A stretch of 64,000 nt of DNA, from assembly GCA_051532035.1 (NCBI GenBank), contig JAOPTW010000037.1, positions 1 to 64,000 on the forward strand. Direction: 5' to 3'. A program made the position numbers and the translations under genes. This DNA comes from Fibrobacterales bacterium (GTDB taxonomy: Bacteria; Fibrobacterota; Fibrobacteria; Fibrobacterales; JAOPTW01). The notes under the pieces are model-generated. The model did no database searches. It saw only the letters and a program-made list of their open reading frames with translations, and had not been told where the DNA came from. Positions 31,181-41,318 of the stretch are shown piece by piece. Numbering within the stretch: position 1 is the stretch's first letter; the number at the start of each line of letters is the position of its first letter.

Positions 31181-32020
31181 GTGAGACTAGATGACCTTTA
31201 TAAGTATATTGATTACCGGGAATATTTAAAAGAATATTACCGAGTGAACAAAGAGTCTCGGTTTGGCTTTTCTTATAGAGCATTTTCAAAGAAAGCCGGC
31301 TTCTCATCACCCAGTTTTATTCGACTCGTCATTGAAGGCGAAAAAAACTTAACTAAAAATAGTGCACTGAAGCTATCGCTCGCAATGGACCTCAATACAG
31401 AAGAATGCGAATTTTTTGAAGACCTTGTATTTTTTGGTCAGGCCAAAATGTTTGACGAAAAACAACACTATTTAACGCGCATTGATTTACGGCGCGACAA
31501 AAATGACCCCTCAGTTCTTAAGCCAGCACAGTTTGATTATCTTAAAGATTGGTATAACCCATTACTTCTTGAAATGGTAAGTGTTAATGGCTTCGAAGAA
31601 GATCCAGAAAGAATTTCATCAATGATTCCATTTGAGGTTACCCCCAAACAAGTGAAGTCGGCTCTCGAATTTTTGGTACAAAATAATTTCTTAGAGAGGG
31701 ATGGACGGGGGAAATTAGTCAAAGTTGATAAAACATTAGCTACCGGACCACTTGATGAGCAAGAAGTACTGCAGATATTAGCTCGGTCATTTCATAAAAA
31801 AATGACCGAATTAGCAGTTGAAGCGGTTACCCGTTTTTCTAAAGAACAAAGAAACACGACAAACACTACGCTCAGCTTCTCACAAAAAAGCTATCAACTC
31901 GCCACCGAAAGAATTAAAGCAATGCGGTATGAGCTATTAGAACTCGCGGCATCGGATGATGATATTGATACCGTATACCAACTGAATGTTAATCTGTTTC
32001 CGTTGATGGAGAAAAAATAG
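31181..32020 (+). CDS. TIGR02147 family protein (HTH-containing)
   Basis: DYREYLKEYY, FSYRAFSKKAGFSSPSF..LVIEG.KNL, WYN, FHKKM, VYQLNVNLFPL. GTG start after AAGGA. Confidence 0.88.
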   Translation: MRLDDLYKYIDYREYLKEYYRVNKESRFGFSYRAFSKKAGFSSPSFIRLVIEGEKNLTKNSALKLSLAMDLNTEECEFFEDLVFFGQAKMFDEKQHYLTRIDLRRDKNDPSVLKPAQFDYLKDWYNPLLLEMVSVNGFEEDPERISSMIPFEVTPKQVKSALEFLVQNNFLERDGRGKLVKVDKTLATGPLDEQEVLQILARSFHKKMTELAVEAVTRFSKEQRNTTNTTLSFSQKSYQLATERIKAMRYELLELAASDDDIDTVYQLNVNLFPLMEKK

Positions 32021-32022
32021 TC

Positions 32023-32643
32023 ATGAGAAGTATTCAATTGTTGTTGGTGAGTGTCTTGGTATGTATGAGTTGTTCCGATACCACTGTTGCAGGTGGAGGT
32101 ACAGATGTCGACAACGCTATTGTATTGGGCAAGGTAATGGCGGACAGCCTTGGCGTTGCACAAGCCCAAGTGTATATTATGACGGATGATTATAATCCTA
32201 TGACGGGCAACCAAAATATTCCTGCCCAAGCAACAGAAACTGATGCTCAGGGTAATTTTGAAATTGGAAATCTATTGCCGGGCACCTATTCTATGGAAGT
32301 ACATCATCCCGATGGAAGCCAAATGGATTGGTCACATAGTTTTGAATTAAAATCAACTGACTCCCTAGATATTACAATGGAAGTAAAAAAGAAACACTGG
32401 ATTATTCTCCCTATTCCTGATTCATTAAAAATGATTGATTTTTATCTGTATGTAGCGGGGAGCAATATGTTGGTTGAGCATAACGCTGCAACATATACGA
32501 AAGACCATATCGTTCTTGAGAATATCCCCGAAAAAGAGATTCCCTTTATATTAAAAGGGTTGTTATTCGATGCATCGGTTGCTCCAGTCGTTTTTCATGG
32601 TGCGATACCTGCTTTCGATCAGGATACTCTTGATTTGAGGTAG
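32023..32643 (+). CDS. Lipoprotein with carboxypeptidase-regulatory-like beta-sandwich domain
   Basis: CMSC lipobox, AGGGTDVDN, TDAQGNFEIGNLLPGTYS. Starts 2 nt after the TIGR02147 gene. Confidence 0.75.
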   Translation: MRSIQLLLVSVLVCMSCSDTTVAGGGTDVDNAIVLGKVMADSLGVAQAQVYIMTDDYNPMTGNQNIPAQATETDAQGNFEIGNLLPGTYSMEVHHPDGSQMDWSHSFELKSTDSLDITMEVKKKHWIILPIPDSLKMIDFYLYVAGSNMLVEHNAATYTKDHIVLENIPEKEIPFILKGLLFDASVAPVVFHGAIPAFDQDTLDLR

Positions 32644-32952
32644 AATACCCAATGTTCAGAAGGTGTAAGACCTTCCACTCATCTCGCTACTAGACATCAT
32701 GCCAATGCATGTTAACTCTCGAGGCTTCACTACAAAAGTCAAGGGTATGTATCAATACTTGATGAATCCTACGGCTAGTTCTGACGGTACGGTTGATTTG
32801 AGTCATGTTACTATCGTAAGTTATTCTAATATACATCCTACCTGGGACACCATCGCAGAGGTTGACCGTGCCTTTTTTAGGGGTATGGGATATACAGTTG
32901 TTGTGCCGTAATGAGTGATCATGAGGTAACGATTCATGATTCAATGCGCATA

Positions 32953-33957
32953 TTACATAATTAAATAGTTGAACTGAAGTCTCAGTGGTTTATTGAAATA
33001 GATCATCTCTGCATCAATGTCTTCTATGATAGTACCTTTTTCAACCGATTCACCGCTGCTTGATTCTGTCCTGTACCACTCTTGAGTCATAGAGCCTTTA
33101 GTATAGTGGTACTGCGGATACATTCCAATATCCATAGACATGTTTTCAGATAATGCAATCCGCATTGCCAACAGAGAGCCAATGGATATACCAAAACCCT
33201 GTGAGTTACTTACTTTTCCACGGAGTGGATGGTTGTCGTGATCGAATGAATAGGCAGGTCCGCCATTTAATCCGACACGGAGCTCGACTATCCCGAATTT
33301 TTTAAGAGGGAACTCTGCGCCAATAAGTATTGATTGATGGAGTGCCCAATAGGTTAATACTGTCGTATTACTTGTAATGGGGGGAGATTGTGACAGCAGA
33401 TCTTCCTGAGTTATGTCTACTCTCATTCCATATAGATTTTGCCATCCAGCTTGTAATCCTTTGGCTTCAAAATTGAAATAGTCTACTTGATAGTTTATGT
33501 AAATGTCCACGGGTTTATTAATAACTGTTGTTTGCCCCCCGTAGCCGGTAGTAGCTCCAAAATGATAGCCCTCTGAAGTAGATTCAGTATTACTGAATTT
33601 TACTTTCGCCTCCATATTATCTGATTCGACTCCATACCAATCTTCATCAATCATTGGTGATTGAGGTTGTATAATATTTACCCAAATGCCTCCTTTGATA
33701 TGGTGTGAATTGTTGAGAAATACTTTTCCCGATAAGCCAATTCTGAGATAGTCTGTAGGGTACGTTAACTCGCTCGCAACAAATGTTTTGTTAATTTCAG
33801 GGTTGTCTATGAACAAAGAGTCTGTTCCAATATCGGATTTTAGATTAAAAAGGGTGTTACTGTTAAAGAGCCCTTTGTCGATATAGGGGGAGAGTTCAAA
33901 TTTTTGGGAAAATAGAACAGTGGTAAATAGAAAAAGCAATGGCAAAATATATTTCAT
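32953..33957 (-). CDS. Omptin-like outer membrane beta-barrel protein
   Basis: Signal peptide, SELTYP, MIDEDW and DHDNHPLR resemble omptin SxLxW, MxDxDW and DxHxxR motifs. Confidence 0.6.
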   Translation of the reverse strand: MKYILPLLFLFTTVLFSQKFELSPYIDKGLFNSNTLFNLKSDIGTDSLFIDNPEINKTFVASELTYPTDYLRIGLSGKVFLNNSHHIKGGIWVNIIQPQSPMIDEDWYGVESDNMEAKVKFSNTESTSEGYHFGATTGYGGQTTVINKPVDIYINYQVDYFNFEAKGLQAGWQNLYGMRVDITQEDLLSQSPPITSNTTVLTYWALHQSILIGAEFPLKKFGIVELRVGLNGGPAYSFDHDNHPLRGKVSNSQGFGISIGSLLAMRIALSENMSMDIGMYPQYHYTKGSMTQEWYRTESSSGESVEKGTIIEDIDAEMIYFNKPLRLQFNYLIM

Positions 33958-34084
33958 AAAAGTACTGGTAAATAAAACGGATAATCTAGAAAATTAAGGG
34001 TTAAATAGGCTGGGAGGGCGTTTATATATATTTAGGTAGGTGGTTTTTAATTATATTGTTCCTTTTTTAATAATTGGAATAGTA

Positions 34085-34702
34085 ATGAAACTTTTTAATG
34101 CAATCTTAATAATCTCACTGGTATCTATACCTCTGTTTTCTAATGAAAAGTATAAGAACCCAGAAGAGAGTTCTTCATATACCCAAGCGTCAGATCCTAG
34201 TGTGGACAATGAACCATTTACCAGAGACATTTCTGTAACCATTTCACCATTGCATCTTTTATTTCCAGTATATGAATTTACAGCTGAGTTTAAGGCTACT
34301 CCCAAAGTAGGGGTCGGTGCAATGCTTGGGTTTGGAAGTATGGAACTTGAGAATAATTATAATGAAACGAAAAAGATTCCTGTCTTTGAATTGGCTGGTC
34401 AGTTGAATTATTATTTATTTGGAAATTTCGACCACGGGATGCAGGTTGGGGCGGAACTATTGTACCTCCACGTTTCAATACCAGAAGATGAAGGGGTGTC
34501 AGGTACCGGAAGTGGTATTGGTATCGGTCCTTATGTAGGGTATAAAGTGATTTCTAATGCGGGCTTTACCTTTAATATCCAATTAGGATATCAACAACTA
34601 TTTGCACAGGCTGTAGCGAAAGATCGTTATGGTAATGAAATAGAAGGGTCTACCGATACAGGTATTCCGCTATTAAATATTAATCTTGGATGGTCATTTT
34701 AG
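34085..34702 (+). CDS. Outer membrane beta-barrel protein (DUF3575-like)
   Basis: Signal peptide, alternating strands, C-terminal NINLGWSF. Confidence 0.72.
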   Translation: MKLFNAILIISLVSIPLFSNEKYKNPEESSSYTQASDPSVDNEPFTRDISVTISPLHLLFPVYEFTAEFKATPKVGVGAMLGFGSMELENNYNETKKIPVFELAGQLNYYLFGNFDHGMQVGAELLYLHVSIPEDEGVSGTGSGIGIGPYVGYKVISNAGFTFNIQLGYQQLFAQAVAKDRYGNEIEGSTDTGIPLLNINLGWSF

Positions 34703-34757
34703 TCAGCCTTTAAGTTGAAACCGAAGCCGACACACCACATTTTAAATCAGTAATTAT

Positions 34758-34794
34758 AAAAAAGCCCTTAACCACCTTGGTTAAGGACTTTTTT
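34758..34794. terminator. Bidirectional intrinsic terminator
   Basis: AAAAAAG-CCCTTAACCA-CCT-TGGTTAAGGA-CTTTTTT. Confidence 0.8.
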
Positions 34795-34998
34795 ACTCGA
34801 AGGCTTTGATAGGGTGAGGCAAAATATTGGGGATGAAGATTTGCTCTGCAAAAATTCGCCGAAGGCAATTGTTCTACTCATCAATGTCCTTGATCTGTAG
34901 CTTACAAATGGTAAGCGTATAAATGTGTGTGTTGGATTAAAAAGCATTGCTATGGTTTTGACATCTGCTCATTTGAGAGAAGATCAGAGCCTATCATA

Positions 34999-35026
34999 AT
35001 CTCGACCTCAGAGTGCTCTATACCCA
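34999..35026 (+). repeat. 28 bp direct repeat, left of the HMGR cluster
   Basis: ATCTCGACCTCAGAGTGCTCTATACCCA, 1 mismatch to 47484-47511. Confidence 0.88.
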
Positions 35027-35377
35027 GAAGATTCGTCTTCTTATTTAATCCTAGTGTAATAGAGTGTAATATACTGTAATTAATGCCCATATAACTGCTA
35101 TTAGCCTGTTTTCATCCTATATGTATCTCTATTTTACTTGGAATTATGCGTTAAATCTGTTGTTAGAACAAAATAACGCATTATTCCATATATATGTAAC
35201 ATGATGGTAACATATATCGCATCTTATTCGTCTAATAATCAAATGGTTTAATGGTTATAACGCTCTATAGTTGGATGTACAGAATAATTATCTGTATATG
35301 AGATAAAACAACAACGATTTTTACGTAATATTGTAATTTCAAGGATGTAGAGGGGGAGACTTAACAAAGATGGGAAC

Positions 35378-36652
35378 ATGCCAAGTCAACATGATAACGT
35401 TGAAAGACACATTAATAGTATATTAGAAAGTAGTTCAATCGAAGAGATCAAGGCACAGCTTGCGCCTAAAATGGATAATATTCCGCAACCGGTTGAACAG
35501 GGGTCTACTCCTGAAAATATCCTGAACCGATTGTCTCGACTTGCTCTTTCAGAAGAGTCTCAGAATTGTATAGCAGACTCATTTGCACTAGATCAGTCTG
35601 ACCAATATTTTGGTAATATTGAAAATTTTATTGGATTAAGCAGAACTCCCCTCGGAATTGCTGGTCCACTGCGGATAAACGGAATGTATGCCAATGGTGA
35701 CTACACTATTCCATTAGCAACAACCGAAGCTGCTCTTGTGGCATCATACCACAGAGGGAGCACTGTTATTTCTATGGCGGGTGGGTGTACCGCCTTATTA
35801 CTCAACGAGGGTATTAGTCGATCACCGGGTTTTATATTTAACGATTCGACAGATGCATGTATTTTCATAGTATGGGTTCAAAAGCAGCTTGAGACATTTA
35901 AAAAAATTGTAGCGAACACAACGAACTATGGTGTTCTCACTGATATGAGAATGACTATCGAGAGTAATCATGTCTATTTAGTTTTTGAATATACAACGGG
36001 AGATGCCTCGGGACAAAATATGGTGACTATTGCTACTCAAGAGATTTGTGATTTCATTATTGCTCAGTCACCGATTACCCCCAATAAATCATATATAGAG
36101 GCAAATCTTTCTGGAGATAAAAAGGCAAGCCACCTTTCATTTCAAAATGTACGTGGTAAAAAAGTTAATAGTGAGGTGGTTATTCCCTATGATCTCGTTA
36201 AAAAGAAGTTGAATACGACACCAAAAGATATTGTTGAGTACTGGAAGATTTCATCCATAGGTGGAGTGTTAAGTGGAACCATTGGTTTTCAGGGGCATTA
36301 TGCAAATGGGCTCACAGCACTCTATATGGCTTGTGGACAAGATGTAGCCTGTGTTTCAGAATCGGCAGTTGGTATAACCAAAATGGAAATTACAGAAAAT
36401 AACGATCTATATGCCTCAGTAAATCTACCGAATATAATTATTGGTACAGTGGGAGGGGGGACGCAACTCCCTTCTCAAAAGGCATGTCTTGATATTATGG
36501 GGCTTGCGGGGGAAGGTAAGGCCCGTGCATTAGCAGAGGTTTGTGCAAGTCTCTGTTTGGCGGGCGAGATATCTATAATGAGTGCTATTACCTCAGGGGA
36601 TTTTACACGAGCGCACAAAGTACTGGCGCGTAATAGAAACAGGAATAAATAA
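35378..36652 (+). CDS. Class I hydroxymethylglutaryl-CoA reductase homolog
   Basis: ENFIG, PLATTEAALVAS, GDASGQNM, NLSGDKK, ACGQD, GTVGGGT and C-terminal His (AHKVL). Confidence 0.9.
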   Translation: MPSQHDNVERHINSILESSSIEEIKAQLAPKMDNIPQPVEQGSTPENILNRLSRLALSEESQNCIADSFALDQSDQYFGNIENFIGLSRTPLGIAGPLRINGMYANGDYTIPLATTEAALVASYHRGSTVISMAGGCTALLLNEGISRSPGFIFNDSTDACIFIVWVQKQLETFKKIVANTTNYGVLTDMRMTIESNHVYLVFEYTTGDASGQNMVTIATQEICDFIIAQSPITPNKSYIEANLSGDKKASHLSFQNVRGKKVNSEVVIPYDLVKKKLNTTPKDIVEYWKISSIGGVLSGTIGFQGHYANGLTALYMACGQDVACVSESAVGITKMEITENNDLYASVNLPNIIIGTVGGGTQLPSQKACLDIMGLAGEGKARALAEVCASLCLAGEISIMSAITSGDFTRAHKVLARNRNRNK

Positions 36653-37602
36653 TGGCTGATTACTCTCTAAAAGATAATGACAAAAACTTTTTAATTCGTT
36701 TCTGGATATACCAAAAAGAGCGGTTTCCTTTTTTTCAACATGGCATTTTAATTACTGCATTTGCCTTTTCGGCAGCAGCATATTCTCGTCTTTGTCGCGA
36801 CTCTATCAGTTTTATACCTCTATCTACATTTATAGTTGGTGCGTTTACTGCAATTGGTTTTTTCTTTTTACTCCGACTCTTTGATGAATTTAAAGATTAT
36901 GAGGATGACGCTCGGTACCGCCCATATAGAGCAGTTCCTCGTGGATTAATATCCTTCAAAGAATTAAAACTTATGGTTTTAGTAGTTATAGGGCTTATTG
37001 TCATTGTAAATGGGATTATATTACCCAAAATGCTTCCTGCCATTGCTATCTGTTTTGTATATCTTGGATTAATGACCAAAGAGTTTTTTGTCCCGGAGTG
37101 GCTTAAAAAACACCCGATGATATATATGGCATCGCACATGATGATCATGCCACTGATTGACTTATATACTACAGGACTTGATTGGATGAATGAAGGTATT
37201 TCTCCACCGCATGGTGTTGAAGTATTTTTGATAGTTTCATTCTTTAATGGAATAGTTATAGAAGTAGGCAGAAAAATTAGAGCACCTCAGGATGAAGAGG
37301 AGGGGGTTGAAACCTATTCTGCACTGTATGGTACGACACGTGCGGCACTCATATGGATAGCTGCTTTGGTTGTAACAGCTCTATGTGCAGTAATAGCCTG
37401 TTCACTAAACTCATACAGTTCTATCAGCATTATTATTTTATCAATTGTTTTTCCCCTAACGCTGTTACCAGCAATACTCTATTTGAAAAATGTATCAACA
37501 AAATCAAGTAAAAGAATTGAGCTTGCAGCGGGAGTCTGGACTATCGGCATGTATTTAATTGTAGGCGCAACACCGCTTATTGTAAATCAGGTACTCTCAT
37601 AA
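36652..37602 (+). CDS. UbiA-superfamily prenyltransferase-like membrane protein
   Basis: Multiple TMs, RLFDEFKDYEDDARYRPYRAVPRG (first Asp-rich motif), RKIRAPQDEEEGVETYS. Confidence 0.8.
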   Translation: MADYSLKDNDKNFLIRFWIYQKERFPFFQHGILITAFAFSAAAYSRLCRDSISFIPLSTFIVGAFTAIGFFFLLRLFDEFKDYEDDARYRPYRAVPRGLISFKELKLMVLVVIGLIVIVNGIILPKMLPAIAICFVYLGLMTKEFFVPEWLKKHPMIYMASHMMIMPLIDLYTTGLDWMNEGISPPHGVEVFLIVSFFNGIVIEVGRKIRAPQDEEEGVETYSALYGTTRAALIWIAALVVTALCAVIACSLNSYSSISIIILSIVFPLTLLPAILYLKNVSTKSSKRIELAAGVWTIGMYLIVGATPLIVNQVLS

Positions 37603-37603
37603 T

Positions 37604-40207
37604 ATGGATGTTATAACAACTATTACCGATGCTCATCAGCAAAATATTATTGGCACTAAAGCATATAATCTTCTGACACTCAAAAAAGAAGGGTACCCGG
37701 TACCACCACTTTTTGCGGTTACGACGAATGCTTTTAATCATTATGTCCCCAGAGAATGGTTTAATGATCTTGACGAAGTTGTTGGGCGTATCAATGGAGT
37801 ACCATTATCACCAGAGTTTTGTAGTGAACTCAATGCAATGGTTGATGAAAAAAAGTATTACGCAGTACGATCATCAGCGATAGGCGAAGACTCAGAGGAA
37901 CTATCGTTTGCGGGGCAACTCGACTCCTTTTTATATGTTAAGGGTAATGATATTACACGACATGTCAAAAAAGTGTGGGCATCTGCATTTTCTGATCGTG
38001 TGGTTGAGTATCGCCGAATAAACGATATCGCCAATGATACCGTTAATGTTGGTGTGTGTGTCCAAGAGATGGTCGCTGCAGACGTTTCTGGAGTTGCTTT
38101 TGGCATTGATCCCGTGTCGGGTAATAGAAACGCAGTAGTGATCTCTTCGGTGTATGGGTTGGGAGAGGGCTTAGTTTCGGGGGAACTCGATGCAGATACC
38201 TATACCTATTGTATGAAACAAAAGAGCTGTATCTCTAAAGATATTGTAGAGAAAAATCAGGCGATAGTTATGGACGCCGAAAGTCAACAGGGTGTGACAC
38301 GAGTCTCAGTTGAAAGTGATAGACAGTCTCTATCTAGTTTAACAGATGGCCAGATTAAGCAACTTGCCGAAACAACTCGTTCTATATCTGAGTATTACCA
38401 ATCACCACAAGACATTGAGTGGGCTATTGCAAATGATACGCTCTATATTCTACAAAGTCGCCCAATAACCAATATGTCCAATATCCCCGATAAAACGCAG
38501 CAGAAAAGAGTCTGGGACAACAGTAACATTACGGAGAGCTATGCAGGGGTTACTACTCCTTTAACCTTCTCGTTTGTTCAAAAAGTATACACAAATGTAT
38601 ATGAACAATTTTGTTTGATTATGGGAGTTGAGCAAGAAGTGGTTGATGCCAACACTCCCATATTTAGTATGCTCGGATTAATGAAAGGGCGTATTTATTA
38701 TAATCTACTCAATTGGTATAAAGTACTCTCGTTACTACCCGGCTACGAGATTAATGCGTCGTTTATGGAACAGATGATGGGGGTAACTGAAAAAATTGAA
38801 TTTAACCCCAATCTAACGTATAGCAAAAAGAACAAGTACCGTAGAGTAGTAGGCTTGTGTTATTGCACTATAAAAAACCTTGTATCACTTTCTAAAAGTG
38901 TAACGGCATTTCATGTGTTACTCGATGCGACTCTTAAGCCTTACACTAATGCTGATTATAGTAATAGCACAGTAGAAGAACTTATTGAGAACTATACTGA
39001 CCTTGAAAAAAAGCTTTTAAAAAAATGGCAGGCACCGCTAGTTAATGACTTTTTCGCTATGATTTTTAGTGGTATATTAAAAAAACTTGTGGTTAAATGG
39101 GGGATTGACTCAAATGGATCATTGCAAAATGATCTGCTGTGTGGCGAAGGGGGGATTGTTTCGACCGAGCCAATCCGAAGTATTTTTGCCATCGTAGAAC
39201 AAATAAAGAGTACTCCTCGTTTAAAAGAACAGATTCTTTCACTTCCAGCAAAAAATGTACTGGAGTCAATCAGTGAATATCCTGAAGTACACAGTGCAAT
39301 AATAGAACATTGTAATGCATTTGGTGATCGCTGTGTGAATGAACTGAAGCTCGAAACTATTTCGGCTAAGCATGATCGGTCAAAAGTAGTGCAGCTTATT
39401 CAATCATATTTGAAGGTTAAAGTACTCTCTATTCAACCAGGACATGAAAAACGAATTCGTGAGAGTGCTGAAAAAATAGTGCGTACCCATATGCGTTCTA
39501 AATTGGTTAAGAAAAGGATTTTTGGATGGGTACTCAATAAGACTCGGTTGCTCATTAAAAACCGAGAAAACTTACGCTTTGAGCGAACGAAACTATTTGC
39601 AGTGGTCCGAGAAATGTTTTTGGCAATAGGCCAAAAGTATGCAGCAGAACGTACTTTGGAGTTTGATAGAGATATTTTCTATTTAAAAATTGATGAAATA
39701 TTTTCTTTTGCCGATGGAACAGCGGTAGATTGCAATTTTAAAAAAATTGTTGCTGAGCGTAAAAAAGAGTTTGAAGAGTATGAAGGCGAAAAGGTTCCCG
39801 ATCGATTTGAAACTTATGGTCCGGTAAATCAAACAAACTCTTTTGAAAGTACTACCGAAACGGTTGTTGTAGATAGCTCAAGTTTGTGCGGCACCGGATG
39901 CAGTCCTGGGAAAATCAAGGGGACCGTTGTTGTGGTTACCGACCCAAACAACTCATCAAATTTGGATGGCAATATTATGGTTGCCGAAAAAACTGATCCG
40001 GGATGGGCGCCTCTATTCCCTTTAGCAAAAGGGATATTAGTTGAGCGAGGAAGTCTGTTATCACACTCAGCAATAGTTGCTCGTGAAATGGGTATTCCTG
40101 CTGTAGTTGGTATTAAAAATATTATGACAATACTAAAAACCGGAGATGAAATTGAGTTTGACGGCACAACAGGAGTCGTTAATATTCTTAAAAGGAGTGA
40201 GGGATAG
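37604..40207 (+). CDS. PEP-synthase-like dikinase with rifampin-phosphotransferase-type architecture
   Basis: GTKA, AVRSSAIGEDS..SFAGQ, DIEWA, LQSRPIT ATP-grasp; central helical domain; C-terminal phospho-His swivel GSLLSHSAIVAREMGIP. Confidence 0.9.
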   Translation: MDVITTITDAHQQNIIGTKAYNLLTLKKEGYPVPPLFAVTTNAFNHYVPREWFNDLDEVVGRINGVPLSPEFCSELNAMVDEKKYYAVRSSAIGEDSEELSFAGQLDSFLYVKGNDITRHVKKVWASAFSDRVVEYRRINDIANDTVNVGVCVQEMVAADVSGVAFGIDPVSGNRNAVVISSVYGLGEGLVSGELDADTYTYCMKQKSCISKDIVEKNQAIVMDAESQQGVTRVSVESDRQSLSSLTDGQIKQLAETTRSISEYYQSPQDIEWAIANDTLYILQSRPITNMSNIPDKTQQKRVWDNSNITESYAGVTTPLTFSFVQKVYTNVYEQFCLIMGVEQEVVDANTPIFSMLGLMKGRIYYNLLNWYKVLSLLPGYEINASFMEQMMGVTEKIEFNPNLTYSKKNKYRRVVGLCYCTIKNLVSLSKSVTAFHVLLDATLKPYTNADYSNSTVEELIENYTDLEKKLLKKWQAPLVNDFFAMIFSGILKKLVVKWGIDSNGSLQNDLLCGEGGIVSTEPIRSIFAIVEQIKSTPRLKEQILSLPAKNVLESISEYPEVHSAIIEHCNAFGDRCVNELKLETISAKHDRSKVVQLIQSYLKVKVLSIQPGHEKRIRESAEKIVRTHMRSKLVKKRIFGWVLNKTRLLIKNRENLRFERTKLFAVVREMFLAIGQKYAAERTLEFDRDIFYLKIDEIFSFADGTAVDCNFKKIVAERKKEFEEYEGEKVPDRFETYGPVNQTNSFESTTETVVVDSSSLCGTGCSPGKIKGTVVVVTDPNNSSNLDGNIMVAEKTDPGWAPLFPLAKGILVERGSLLSHSAIVAREMGIPAVVGIKNIMTILKTGDEIEFDGTTGVVNILKRSEG

Positions 40208-40208
40208 T

Positions 40209-41318
40209 ATGGAAGAGTCTATAGAAAACAGGGCTGCTTTTGATATTATTCGGTATGCTAACTGCTGGGAAGATACAGAAGTGTTACTCAAAGGGATGAA
40301 TATAGTTCCGGGAGATATTTGTTATTCAATAGCAGCAGCAGGGGATAACTCACTCGCTATGCTCACAAAAGATCCGGCAAAAGTAATTGCCTTTGATTTG
40401 AGTATCGCTCAAATTGCACTTGTTGAATTAAAAAAAATAGGATTTAAAAAGTTAGAATACCCTGAACTGCTCACGTTACTGGGAGTTACCGGTAGACCTG
40501 AAGAGCGTATTGCTCTTTATAATGGTATACAATCAAATTTGTCACAGGAATCAAAAATATTTTGGGAATCACGCCTCCAAGATATTGCCCAAGGGGTTAT
40601 TTATACAGGGAAGTTCGAAAAGTATTTTAAATTGTTTCGTGAAAAATTCCTACCCTTTGTTCATACTAAAAAAACCATACAAAAACTTCTAGAAAAAAAA
40701 TCATTTGATGAACAAGAGAATTTTTATGCAAAAAAATGGAACACGTGGCGTTGGCGATTAATGTTTAAAGTGTTTTTTTCAAAGTGGCTCATGGGTAAAG
40801 CCGGTAGAGATAAAGAGTTTTTTAAATATGTTGTTGATGATGTACCCTCAAATATACACCGAAGAGTAGCCCATGCACTCACAAAAATATCATGTCATCA
40901 AAACAGTTATTTGAATTTTATTCTTACGGGTAGTTATAATGGTGTTCTTCCGTATTATTTAAGAAAAGAGTATTTTACTAAAATCAAAACCAATATTGAT
41001 AATTTAGAAATACATCAAGCCACATCAAGTGAGGTATTTAAAAAGGTTTCTGGCACATTTGATGCGATTAATCTTTCTGATATTTTTGAATATATGAATC
41101 CCGAACTTTTTAAAAGAGTAGCAGATGAAATTCTTGATAATGCGAACAGTGGTGCTCGTTTGGTTTACTGGAATATGATGGTTCCCCGTAAGGTGTCTGA
41201 GTTATATCCAGAACGGGTACAATGTGATGAGATGTTATCTGACTCTTTATTGAGTGTTGACAATGCATTTTTCTACCAAAAGCTGTATGTTGATACCGTA
41301 AAAAGAGTTTGCGTATGA
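40209..41318 (+). CDS. DUF3419/BtaA-like SAM-dependent transferase
   Basis: IRYANCWED, SIAAAGDNSL, DLSIAQ, GKFEKYF, NLSDIFEYM, YWN. Confidence 0.85.
   Translation: MEESIENRAAFDIIRYANCWEDTEVLLKGMNIVPGDICYSIAAAGDNSLAMLTKDPAKVIAFDLSIAQIALVELKKIGFKKLEYPELLTLLGVTGRPEERIALYNGIQSNLSQESKIFWESRLQDIAQGVIYTGKFEKYFKLFREKFLPFVHTKKTIQKLLEKKSFDEQENFYAKKWNTWRWRLMFKVFFSKWLMGKAGRDKEFFKYVVDDVPSNIHRRVAHALTKISCHQNSYLNFILTGSYNGVLPYYLRKEYFTKIKTNIDNLEIHQATSSEVFKKVSGTFDAINLSDIFEYMNPELFKRVADEILDNANSGARLVYWNMMVPRKVSELYPERVQCDEMLSDSLLSVDNAFFYQKLYVDTVKRVCV

Noticed and set aside
32699..32911. 70 aa ORF
   Set aside because: No RBS or motif recognised; possibly a gene tail, not supportable.
35378..36652. Canonical mevalonate operon
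   Set aside because: No HMG-CoA synthase, mevalonate kinases, decarboxylase or IDI adjacent.
37604..40207. Rifampin resistance gene rph or housekeeping ppsA
   Set aside because: Only the architecture is shared with RPH, the PEP-binding barrel of PpsA is absent, and the gene is embedded in a coupled biosynthetic operon.
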